A stretch of DNA of 64,000 nucleotides from Octopus bimaculoides (taxonomy: Eukaryota), in assembly GCF_001194135.2 (NCBI RefSeq), contig NC_068991.1, forward strand, positions 6,029,834 through 6,093,833, read 5' to 3'. A program made the translations under genes and the position numbers. Under the pieces are notes generated by a model. That model saw only the letters and a list, made by a program, of their open reading frames with translations. It was not told where the DNA came from and searched no databases. Shown here one piece after another: positions 11,764 through 23,210 of this stretch (position 1 is its first letter; every line of letters starts with the position of its first letter).

Positions 11764-13600
11764 TATATTCATACCCTTTATATTTACATTCTAATGTGTA
11801 CTTCGCTACATTGACAGTTGAATTTTCTACATTTACATAGGCATTGGATTTACGATGTGACTACTTCATAACTACTGCATTTCTGTTATCAACTGCATGG
11901 TTACTAACTTGAATTGCTGTACCTAGCGTTGCCTGTAATATCTATAATACTAGGTTGGAGTCATTGAAATATATCTTTGTTGCTCATTGCTCTGATGAAC
12001 TTTCTGGTCTATCAAGATGTTTAATACAGTTCTATATTTAAGTGATGAGGAATTATGTACATTATTTACATTTGACGGATATTTGCCCTCATCTGGTTTG
12101 TTGTTAACACAAGGTTTTGGCTGATATACCCTCAAGCCTTCATCAGGTGTCTTGGGGAAATTTTGAATCTGGGTTCTCATTCCTAAGGTATTTTTCAATG
12201 TTGTTATTATTATTATTACTGGGCATATGGTGTAGTGATTAAGAGCGCGGGTTACTAACCCCAAGATTCCGAGTTCGATTCCAGGCATTGACCTGAATCA
12301 TAATAAAATGGAAAAATACCATAGGAATGAGAACCCAGGTTTGAAATTTCCCCAAGACACCTGATGAAGGCTGGAGGGTATATCAGCTGAAACGTGTTAA
12401 CAGNNNNNNNNNNGCTGGAGGGTATATCAGCTGAAACGTGTTAACAGCAAACAAGATGAGGACAAATATCCGTCAAATGTAAATAATGAAGATGTTTAAT
12501 GTTTCACCTGCTGAACCATTCCTTTGTTCCTGTTTCTTGTTGAAATACTTTGGAAACTTCTTTTGGTTGAGTTCATTCATGTATCATGCACTTTTTTTTA
12601 TAATAACATAAAGCAAAACTCAGTTTCTGTGTCAAAAATTTCAGCATAGACAACTTTATTTATTTGCAACAGGTTTTTGAACTTGTTATCTGAATGCACT
12701 ATTACTAAGATATGGGAATGTGGGAAACCTTTTCTGAAATTCATCATCATCATCATTCAGTGCTTTACAAAGAGCCTGCTTTTTGTAATACCATCTAAAA
12801 GTTCTCTTTGTTCTCACTGAAAATATCTTGCTGTTGGGTCTGGTTTATGTGAAGAATTTTGTCCTTGAAATAAGTTATCCTTAGTTCCTGGCCAGTTTGG
12901 ATTGCATGTCATAGTAACGAAAACATCAGATGTATCGCATTTTTCTACTGTTAGTCAATGTATGTCAATAGTATTTGCACATGTTTCTTGGAGATTCTTC
13001 AAATGAAGATGGGAGAATAACAGTGCTCCCAACTTGAACTCTGGGGGTTTTGGTGCAACATTCTTTAAATGATCAGCTAAACCACTGCAAAGTTCTACTT
13101 TCAGTCTTTGTTTTTGATATCAGACAAAATCCATTTTATTTGCTTCTTTAAGCAGGAGTTTCCTGCTCATTGCTGGAAGAGTTTCTCTCCACGAGGAATT
13201 AGATTGATCTTATTATGTCTGACTGCTGTGAGTGAAATTTTGTTGATGAATATCAGTCTGTTGTGAACGTCAGCCTTTACCATCCAGGTTCACTGAAAGG
13301 AAAAAAACTAAATGTGGTGCTCCAGCATGGCCACAGTCAAATACCTGAAACAAGTAAAAGAATAATAGAATATTCTTGATTTTTGTGTAACCCATTCTTC
13401 CAGCCTTACATCATCTTTTTCTGTTTTTGTGTTGATTTTCATTCTTTTGATTGAAGTGGTTTCCTGCATTCTACACCTCATAGCATCTCTTCTAACATTG
13501 GCTTGCCCTTCGGTTTCATTTTGAGATCTTTGGGCCACTCTTCCTGGCTTGAGCTCTTCTGCTCTTCTGCTCCAGTTAACCAACACTCAAAATCTGCTCA
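11220..13600 (-). mobile_element. Decayed Helitron Rep (HUH) coding fragment, interrupted by SINEs and microsatellites
   Basis: Manual minus-strand translation gives Helitron Rep motifs in canonical order: GSTVILPSSFEESPRNM (~13030-12980), DVFVTMTCNPNWP (~12928-12890), EFQKR/PHSHIL (~12742-12705, frameshifted HUH), VDNRNAVV..NAYVNVE (~11894-11825), LRLLLFHAKGTGNFDNLKTIDG (~11315-11245). Stops and frameshifts throughout. Confidence 0.85.
12026..12488. mobile_element. Inverted dimer of a tRNA-headed SINE with a Penelope-like hammerhead-bearing tail
   Basis: Arm 12026-12196 is the reverse complement of arm 12311-12488. tRNA-like A/B-box head at 12222-12286. CTGATGA...GAAAC core at 12361-12393. 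Direct repeat AAGATGTTTAAT at 12014-12025 and 12489-12500. Confidence 0.75.
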
Positions 13601-16600
13601 CCATTTAGCTTCTAATAGTTTTTTTTTTTCCATTTACATTGGGCTTCTCTGTTTTTCCCCTAGCTAATCTTCTTTTCTTCAAGGGCTGATTCCAGTTTTT
13701 ATCAGTTGCATTTTGCGATAACATGTCAGCAGTTGCGTAAATATATGACATACAATATCGAAGCGTGTGAACAATCAGATGTGTTTTTTATGTTTGAAAC
13801 TTTTTGTAACAACCTTTTTAAATATTTGTGTGTGTGTGTGTGTGTGTCATCATCATCATCGTTTAACGTCCGCTTTCCATGATAGCATGGGCTGGATGAT
13901 TTGACTGAGGACTGGTGAAACCAGATGGCTGCACCAAGCTCCATTCTGATCTGGCAGTGTTTCTACAGCTGGATGACCTTCCTAACGCCAACCACTCCGA
14001 GAGTGTAGTTGGTGCTTTTATGTGCCAGTCACTGAATAATTAAATGGGATATTAAATTGTTTCTTTTGAAAATAATTTCTGTTTATGTATGCATGTGTAT
14101 TTGCATCCATGTGCCTATATATGTTTGCATACACACACACACACACACCCATGTATGTATGAGTTTTTTTTTATATATATGTTTATGTGCATGCATGCAT
14201 GACTTTCTTTAATTGGATGCATGCTTGACCATGCTTGTGTGTGTGTGTGTGTGTATGCATATATGCACATCTGTTAGTGTGTGTTAATTGATGGGATGGC
14301 TATGTAATGATGTTTGGGTCTTTATTTACAAATTGGTGCAAAACCAATATTATTAATGGACACCTATCTGTCATATCTCAAACTCTTCTTAATTAATTGC
14401 CTCCGTCTGATCCCTAATCCGCTCCCTCCAACCTATTTCAATGGCGACCACTGTCTGTTATAAACACTATCATATTCCTCCTTGATTCAAACCCCTCTCA
14501 TTGAGTCAGTCTTCCTCCTCTTCGTAGAATAGAATCGTACTTGAAGGCTTTATTGCATGTCCCTAACAAGTCATATTCTCCACAAAACCCCCTTGTCCTG
14601 AATGTGTAGAATATTTGCAGTGGTAAGGTAGCATGCTTAATAAATAAGGAAGAAATCATGTGAGATTGATACTGACTCTTCATCATCATCATCATTTAAC
14701 AGCTGTTCTCTATGCTGGCATGAGTTGGATGGTATGACAAGAGCTGGCAAGCCAGAGGGCTGCACCCGGCACCAGTTGTCTGTTTTGGCATGGTTTCTAT
14801 GGCTGGATGCCCTTCGTAATGCCAACCACTTTACAGAGTGTGTTGGCTACTTTTATGTGGTGCTGGCATGCCTACACTGGAAAAAATATTTTCAAAAAAA
14901 ATTTTTTTTTTTTAATCAAGGTGGTTATATATATCTACAATTCTACAAAACTAATCTATGAGTTTTAGCAAACTCAGTAGACAAAGATATAAAATTCGGA
15001 AGAGTCTGATATGTTTTTGAAAATGAAATTAAATATTCTATTACATTTACAAATAGAAAATTGAAAAATATATAGTTAAAAGATAATAAACAGAAAAGCA
15101 AACTTGTGTGTGATAAACATTAAGCAGCAGGTGAGAAAATGTTCACTTGTTTGTTTACATTTGACAACTGCCTGTACATTGTCGTATGTTAGTAATCCAT
15201 TATAAAACGAGCTTATTGTCAAAGGAGTTGTAGGTGCTTTGTGGGAAGTGATATGCAAATGCAGTGAGATGGTAAAAATTAATCCTGGTGCTATTTTCGA
15301 TTAATGAGTAATGTTCATTCATATCAGAGGGACAGAGCTGTTTAAAGTGTAATAGTTTTTTAGTGAAATAGGTAGAGAAATTTTGTAAATAAACAAATTG
15401 CTGAGAATAGTAGTATAAAGGAGACGTGTTGTCTCTTATAGTTGGTTCTTGAAGATGTGATTGTTTTTTTTTTTGTTTTTAGAGACAGTTTGTAAACTTG
15501 CTAACTCTTGACTGTTGGTTGAAATTGAATTTCTGAACGAGTGCTCAAACTATATAGAATGCTTGATGGATATTGTCACATCTTAAGTGGAGAAAAGCTC
15601 TTAGAAGAGAGCTGTAATCAAAAGTGGACTGCTGCTGTTTCATTTTCCTGGGTGGAATTGCATCAAGCCATGGAATGTTCTATAGAATGACAGGGTTGTT
15701 TAAAGGTAGCTGTAGAGAGAGTTTTATTAAAAAGAAAAAAGTTTTGTTCTGAACAGAACATTGAGAGAGTGACTTAATGGCATGTGACAGTCAAATTTTC
15801 TCTGATTATGGAAGGAAGATTTTGCTTTTTATAAAGATTATTTTGCTGAAAACAGGAAATAGGTGTGTCTTGCAGTTGTTATGAACTAGTTCAAATCTGT
15901 AACAAGCAGGCATGTCTTGCTACGTTTACGAGGGACTTGCAGTGATTTCAAGGCAGCTTTGAAAACAAAGGGAATAGCTGTGTCTTGCAGCTGTCGTTAA
16001 CTGGTTCAAATCTGTACTAGTAAGCATGTCTTGCAAGTTAGTTCGAAGCCATACGTGTGCAACTGTCTGGTCTGGCCATCATAGATTATTACATTTCAGT
16101 TTGGTTGGAGTTAGTGAAGATGGAGAATATGGTACTGTTGTGGTGAGAGTCATGACACCCCTGCAAGAATAGACTTCACCGAATGACTACGAATAGTAGG
16201 GGTCTGAGTGAAAGACAGGGAGAGACGGCGATAATTGCAGGATGTCGTAAGGTGTTGTTCTAGTAGTTTGTTGGTTTGTGTATAGTTTGTGGGGAATTTG
16301 TTGGATTGTTATGTTGTTGTAACCCTGCTTTGTTTTGTATTTTATTGTTACTGCACGGTTATAGTGTAAACAAGTATTGTCATGATGAGTGGTGATACGA
16401 CAATAATTGGTGACGAGTAACTATGTTACAATAGGTACTAACAACTGTAGCTGTACAGACAGATGCTGAAATGAGATGGCATAAAAGTGCTTGGTTGTGA
16501 TTTGGTGTGGTGGTGATACTAGTCCTAATATAAGGTATGGAGTTGAATGTATTCTTGACAACATTAAACTGTGAAGTGATTTAAGTGTCAAGAATGGTAT

Positions 16601-17044
16601 GATGATCCCTTCGAAAAATGAATGGGCATTCAGGGTAGGAAACGGCATCAGTGCAAATATGGCCAGCTGATAAAGAAAGTAGATTCTTCTGGAATTTCAA
16701 TAGAATTCCAAATTCTCAAATGTTTGGTGTCCACTTGGTCAGTTTATAAACACACAGCTACAGAGTATGGTCACTCGGTTAAAAAGAATTTGCTTAAGTT
16801 TGAAAGCTGAATATAGAGACACTTTTATCTTTGGTGAAACCCTCATTTGACTATTTTAAGTTTTATTTGGAGAGTGAATTTGTTAAAAGCTGAATGAGAG
16901 TGGTGAATATGGCCTAAGTGAATGGACTTGCACTTAACATGCACCCAAATGCTGAGAGATGACATAACATAAAGGAAGATAGTAATTTGAATTTTTGATT
17001 TATTTTAGGAAAACAGGTAGTCGTTGAAACATTTGGTTTTTAGA

Positions 17045-17335
17045 TTGGGGGGGGGTTCACACAATGCTTTTCTTGTGGTTCCAACAATATTTTTACTTAT
17101 GGATCCCTTTGATCCCTATTTTATTCTGATGGACCCTCCTGGCCATTTGATGTTTAAAAAACCCTATTATATTTTGCTAATTAAACATTACATAGGAATT
17201 GTATTAAAAAAATTTATTAAATATTTTGTGTATTGTAAAGGTATAAGTAATTTGTTGCCAATAAATTTTAGCCACAAACTCTTACATGGACTTTCCCCGC
17301 AAGGACCATATGGACCCTGGTTGAGAACCATTGGT
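17045..17335. mobile_element. hAT-type MITE, degenerate
   Basis: Internal similarity to 62302-62542; right end GGTTGAGAACCATTG. Confidence 0.65.
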
Positions 17336-18715
17336 TTATATGAACTCCACACTTGCTTAGAACATTCGTCAAATTGACAGTGTTGCTAACTTGTGACAGC
17401 TAAACGGATAAAGCTGTTTGGAGTATTGTTGATGTTGGAGAAATAAATAGTATTGCTCTGGTGGCAGGACTTTGGATTATTTTACATTTTATTGACTTTT
17501 GCAGTTCATATTTTATCATTGAAACTTTATATTGAAGCAGGTTAGTAGGCCACGTAGTATTTGAAAACAAATTCATAGTTAAATTTGACTAATAAATATC
17601 TTTGAAAATAAAGACTTTGTTATTTATATAAACTAGTCATACTCTTCGAAATTCCATGTTTTATGTATTTTCTTTTAGTTTGATGTGTAAATTTATTTAT
17701 CTTGATAACATTTGTTTCAATATGTAGGAGAGTTTTATAATAAGCCAGACAATGTATTGAGGTTATTGAAAAATTAAGATTTACATAACTTAGAGTGTTA
17801 GTAACAATATAATAGATTCTGGTCTTCTCTAGCTGCAAGGTATTGTTACAAGTGTTCATTATATTGTTCAGCATGCAGTTGAGACTTGTGGTTTCTTGCA
17901 AATTGTTAATGACATTATCCAACCTTGACATGTGTGTCAATTAAATATTGTTGAGAAACAAGTGTTCCTGATTTGGAAATGACATTGAAGCCACCTCTCC
18001 TGTGCAAGACAGTAAAACTATTGCATAGATTCTTTATTTCAAAGCTGGGTTCATTGTTCTTCAACATGGTATACATTATTGTACCATCCAGTTTTATCAT
18101 TGTGAAATAAGAGCGTAACTCTTATGTCACAAAATCGGGTTAGGATGACAAATACGACATCGTTGTTGGTAACACATTTCTGAGATGAATTACGATGCCT
18201 CTATTTTCTCACGGAGTTCTATTTTCAACAGCGAGTTCATTTCTTGGAGGAAGATTATACTGACTGATGTTGGAGGCCTTGTCTTGTAGTTCTGTTGATA
18301 TTTACGAGGCTCTGTACTTTCCATAAGTGCATGTGCCTGTTCATGTATAGTTTTTTTATATAGTTCAGTGAATGTGTTATGAAAAATCATCTCTTGTTTT
18401 GTGTCCATACTAAGTAAACATTTTGAATTTGGAAGTACTGTTACCAATGATTTTGAACTTAGCTGACCATATTGCTGGGCTGTTTTTTCTGAGTACAGAG
18501 TAAAAATAGATGCACTCATTAGGCTTAATGTTGAATATTTTTACCCCATCTCCTAATTTTTTTTATTATGCTCTTTATTTTTTTAATTAGTCTTTGGATT
18601 TTTATGTTTTGAATGTCAGATTCAGAATTTGTTTTTAAAAAAAGTGACAGGAACTGATAAGAGTTAAATGGTTTAAAGCCACAGTATTGTTTATTTTTTC
18701 CTTTTTTCTTTCTTT

Positions 18716-18798
18716 NNNNNNNNNNNNNNNNNNNNNNNNNNNNNNNNNNNNNNNNNNNNNNNNNNNNNNNNNNNNNNNNNNNNNNNNNNNNNNNNNNN
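18716..18798. other. Assembly gap (N)
   Basis: N run. Other gaps at 12404-12413, 19972-20751, 52609-52618 and 62571-62612. Confidence 1.
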
Positions 18799-20904
18799 TG
18801 TTTTTGCATTTGAAAGCATTTGTTGTTTTACTTTCTGAAAATTTAAAGTGTTTCAGTTTCAATTTATTAAGGATGACAGTCTAATTAATTCAAATGCAAA
18901 TGAAATATTTATTAAAAAAGAAAAAAATACTTCAGCTGTAGATCCTCTAACCCTTGTTCAGTTTTTGATTAAAAAAGGAATCAAATTATTTTTTTAAATT
19001 TTAAAAAAATTTTTTTTTTTACACATTTTGAATCTGATCAAAATAAAAATATAAGAACCAATAAAAACAGTTAGAGAAGTTTAAAAATTCTCTGCTAAAA
19101 GGAATAATTACCAAAATAGAATAGTATGTCTGTCTATGAATTCTAAAACACTCTTCTGGTGTAGTAAATTTTGTACCAAATGAAAATGAAATTTTAAAAA
19201 AACTGTACAATTACAATTTTTGATATCTTTTCTCCTAAAATTATTAACATCCTCATTCTTTGTATATAAAAAAAAAAAGTTTCACTCCATCAAGGTCAGG
19301 ATGCAGAAGAGGAAGTTGTATTTTACTATTGACCTGGTGACAGTTTTGCTACTCATTTCTGAATTTCAGTGAGGATAGGATCTGTCCATTTCTCTAAAGT
19401 CTGCCACTTATTTTGTTCTCTTGTTTCATTTGAGCACCAAATTGTCTCTGATGTGACCCTCTTGTTTGAATATTTATCAAATTACGCAACTGTTTCTCAT
19501 TCATATTTTTTTTCGCCATACTTGAGTTTGTTCCTCAAGTTTATAGATATTTTGCTCACTGTTCCCCATTCAAACAATTCACCACACTTCTTTTCTTTAC
19601 CAGCATTAATACCACTGTGAAGTGGTTGACATTTGGAAGAGCATCCAGCTGTGAAAATCATGCCAAAACTAAACTTGCCTGTGCTAGTGCCACGTAAAAA
19701 GCACTAAGTCCACTTTGCAGAGTGGTTGGTGTTAGGAAAGGCATCCAGCCGTAAAAACCCTGCCAAAACTACCCCAGTTGCATGGGGTAGCCTTCTGCCT
19801 GGCCAGTTCCTGTCAACCGTCCTACCCATGCATGCATGGAAGATGGACGTTAAACAATGACGATAATGATGACACTCTGTCATATTGGTCTTTTTCTGTT
19901 GAGTTTACCTTAGACCTTCTCTTTTATTTCTTCTCTTTGTTTGTCTCTCATCTTCTGCCTGTATTACTCCANNNNNNNNNNNNNNNNNNNNNNNNNNNNN
20001 NNNNNNNNNNNNNNNNNNNNNNNNNNNNNNNNNNNNNNNNNNNNNNNNNNNNNNNNNNNNNNNNNNNNNNNNNNNNNNNNNNNNNNNNNNNNNNNNNNNN
20101 NNNNNNNNNNNNNNNNNNNNNNNNNNNNNNNNNNNNNNNNNNNNNNNNNNNNNNNNNNNNNNNNNNNNNNNNNNNNNNNNNNNNNNNNNNNNNNNNNNNN
20201 NNNNNNNNNNNNNNNNNNNNNNNNNNNNNNNNNNNNNNNNNNNNNNNNNNNNNNNNNNNNNNNNNNNNNNNNNNNNNNNNNNNNNNNNNNNNNNNNNNNN
20301 NNNNNNNNNNNNNNNNNNNNNNNNNNNNNNNNNNNNNNNNNNNNNNNNNNNNNNNNNNNNNNNNNNNNNNNNNNNNNNNNNNNNNNNNNNNNNNNNNNNN
20401 NNNNNNNNNNNNNNNNNNNNNNNNNNNNNNNNNNNNNNNNNNNNNNNNNNNNNNNNNNNNNNNNNNNNNNNNNNNNNNNNNNNNNNNNNNNNNNNNNNNN
20501 NNNNNNNNNNNNNNNNNNNNNNNNNNNNNNNNNNNNNNNNNNNNNNNNNNNNNNNNNNNNNNNNNNNNNNNNNNNNNNNNNNNNNNNNNNNNNNNNNNNN
20601 NNNNNNNNNNNNNNNNNNNNNNNNNNNNNNNNNNNNNNNNNNNNNNNNNNNNNNNNNNNNNNNNNNNNNNNNNNNNNNNNNNNNNNNNNNNNNNNNNNNN
20701 NNNNNNNNNNNNNNNNNNNNNNNNNNNNNNNNNNNNNNNNNNNNNNNNNNNTGTTTATAAATTATGGACAGTTGAAGTCGTTTATAGATTTTCAACCTCT
20801 TCAAAGTGAGCTTGTATCTAGGTGAGATGTTTTTCTTTATTCTATATAATCTATACCATGTTCTTATGTAATAATAATAATAATAATAAGAAGAAGAACT
20901 CTTT

Positions 20905-21112
20905 TTACTATAGGCAGAAGGCCTGAAATTTTGGGGATGGGAAAATGTCAATTCCATTGGCTCCAGTGCTCAACTGGTGCTCATTTCATTGACACCAAAA
21001 GGATGTAAGGCAAAACTGACTTTGGTAGACTTTGAACTTAGAAAGTAAAAACGAATAAAAGGCTGCTAAGCATTTCGTCCAGCGTCCTAACAACTCTGCC
21101 AACTCACCACCT
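20905..21112 (-). mobile_element. SINE of a third family (core CCCCAGT..CTGGTACTTA..AAAGGATGAAAGG)
   Basis: Recurs at ~21545-21800(-), 24975-25172(-), 29557-29760(+), 56915-57070(+), 59745-59990(+). Confidence 0.8.
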
Positions 21113-21798
21113 TAATGATAATAATAATAATAATAATAACAACAACAACAACAATAATAATTGTTGTTTACTGTCCACTTTTCTACACTTGCTTGGCTCA
21201 GGCAGAATTTGTTGAGGCAAATTTTCACAGCCAGATGCCCTTTTTGTTGCCAAGCCTCACTTATTTCCAAGCAAGGTACTATTTTTTCCCATGGCCAAAC
21301 ATGTCTTTTACAGAAGACTGGTATTGCTTGTGTGACAGTGCTGTCTGTTCACGACCATCATGTAATAAAAATACAAGGATCCCCCCCCCATACACACACA
21401 CACACACACAAAAGTTTCTTTCACCTTCCATTCATCAAATCCACCCACAGTGCCCTGGTTGGCCTGGGACTACAATAGAAGACATTTGCCATGAAGCAAG
21501 CTTCTTCACTACACAGCCTCTAGCTAAATATAATAGTAATAATGGTTTCAAATTTTGGCACAAGGTCAGCAATTTTAGGGAAGGACTAAGTCAATTGCAT
21601 CGACCCCAGTGATCAGCTGGTACTTATTTTATAGACCCCAAAAGGATGAAAGGTAAACTCACCCTCAGTGGAGTTTGATCTCAGAATATAACGACAGACA
21701 AAATGCTGTTGAACATTTTGCCTGGCATGCTAACTATTCTGCCATCTTGCCACCTTGTAAATATATGGAATATATTACCTCAATATAAGCTCGCCACC

Positions 21799-21831
<33 letters not shown>

Positions 21832-22999
21832 TTGATGATAATGATGTTAATTTTTTTAATATTCAAGATTTACTCTGGGTTATTTTTAATCATACCTTTT
21901 AAAACCAAACTGATTGTCTGATGAGATTTGTATATAATTAGTGAAATGCTAAGACAGAACTAGTTATCTTAATTTAGACGAATAATTATTTTTATATTTC
22001 CAACTACCTTTTGAAGCTATATTTTCATTTTTAATTAGATTTATTTTTAATTTGATTTACATAATTTCTTAGCATTTTAGTTTCTTTCCAATATCTTATA
22101 ATAATAATAATAATAATTTCTGCAAACTGAAATATGAAATAATTTAAATCTTTTTATTTTCATTGGTGAATTATAATGAAATTGTGGGGGGAGGAGGGGG
22201 AGAGAGATACGAGAGAGAGAGAGAGAGATGTGTATAAGTAACTCAAGCCATATTTTATATTGGTTGCTACTACAATTTGGTTGCTTTATTATTAGATATT
22301 TAATAAGTATAATTAAAACTGCTTATTAGCATAGTTGACTTGCTAATATGTAAGTGTAAATAAAATCTGAGGTAGTTATTTGAAAATGTCACTAATGTAC
22401 AGCATTAAAGTCAAGGTAGACCTTCAGTTATCAGTTAATGGATGACATTACATAGAAGATTCTTTGAAAATTACAATATTATAGAATTACTAATTGATGA
22501 TCAAACTACTAAAATGATACAGTAAATTGCACAAGTAATTCTCTTTATTTGTTTAATATGGTTTGATTATATCATTAGGTATTTGTTAATTCATTCAGTT
22601 ATAATAAAGAAAATATTCAACACCTTTAAATCAAATTCCTATCTTAAATAAAGGGGTACATTGGTCTTTGCAGTCTTAGATATATTGTCTGAAAAAGAAA
22701 AACAGAAAAGAAAAATAAGGCATGTTGTTGGTCATGGCTGATATGTTTTTCATACATAGATCTTGTGAAGGATGGGTGATGAGATGACCACTCATAGCCT
22801 GAGCTTCATAGATGGTGAGAAGATAAGAGAGAGAGAGGGGTATGAGTGCTAGAGGAATGAGATGGTTGAAGTGAATGGAGAGATGAGTAAAAGAGGGAGA
22901 GTGATCAGCAGATAGATGAGATGGGAGGGTCAGGGGTACGAATGAGTATCTGCAACAATAGGCTTGGCAGGATACAAACACACACACACATATATATAT

Positions 23000-23210
23000 A
23001 TCATATTGCATGGGTGCATTTAACCAAAAGTGACCAGGTCTTCTGCAGCACTACATATCACCAATCAGTATTCTCCTTTGCTTTCTCTGTAAGCTGCAAC
23101 ATCTTCTAGTCAGCCTTTACCACTTTGTCCTATGTCTTCCTTGGTCTTCCTTTTCCACAAGTTCCACTAATTTTGAGTGCACAGCTCTTCCTTATGTAGC
23201 AATCAACCTC
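23000..23210 (-). mobile_element. RTE-type LINE, 3' ORF-end fragment
   Basis: Minus strand reads GKGRPRKT*DKVVKAD, similar to RTE C-terminal GRPRKTW; similar to the 38200-38400 region. Confidence 0.55.

Noticed and set aside
12222-12286. tRNA gene
   Set aside because: A/B boxes are present, but I see no convincing acceptor stem and it runs into a repeat tail; it is a SINE head
12414-12447. Apparent tandem duplication across the 10-N gap
   Set aside because: Identical sequence on both sides of a scaffold gap; an unmerged contig overlap
17400-18520. Possible Penelope RT/GIY-YIG relic on the minus strand
   Set aside because: Motif resemblance too weak to support by eye
19778-20957. Three ORFs of ~300-350 aa in the ORF track
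   Set aside because: They consist of N-gap codons
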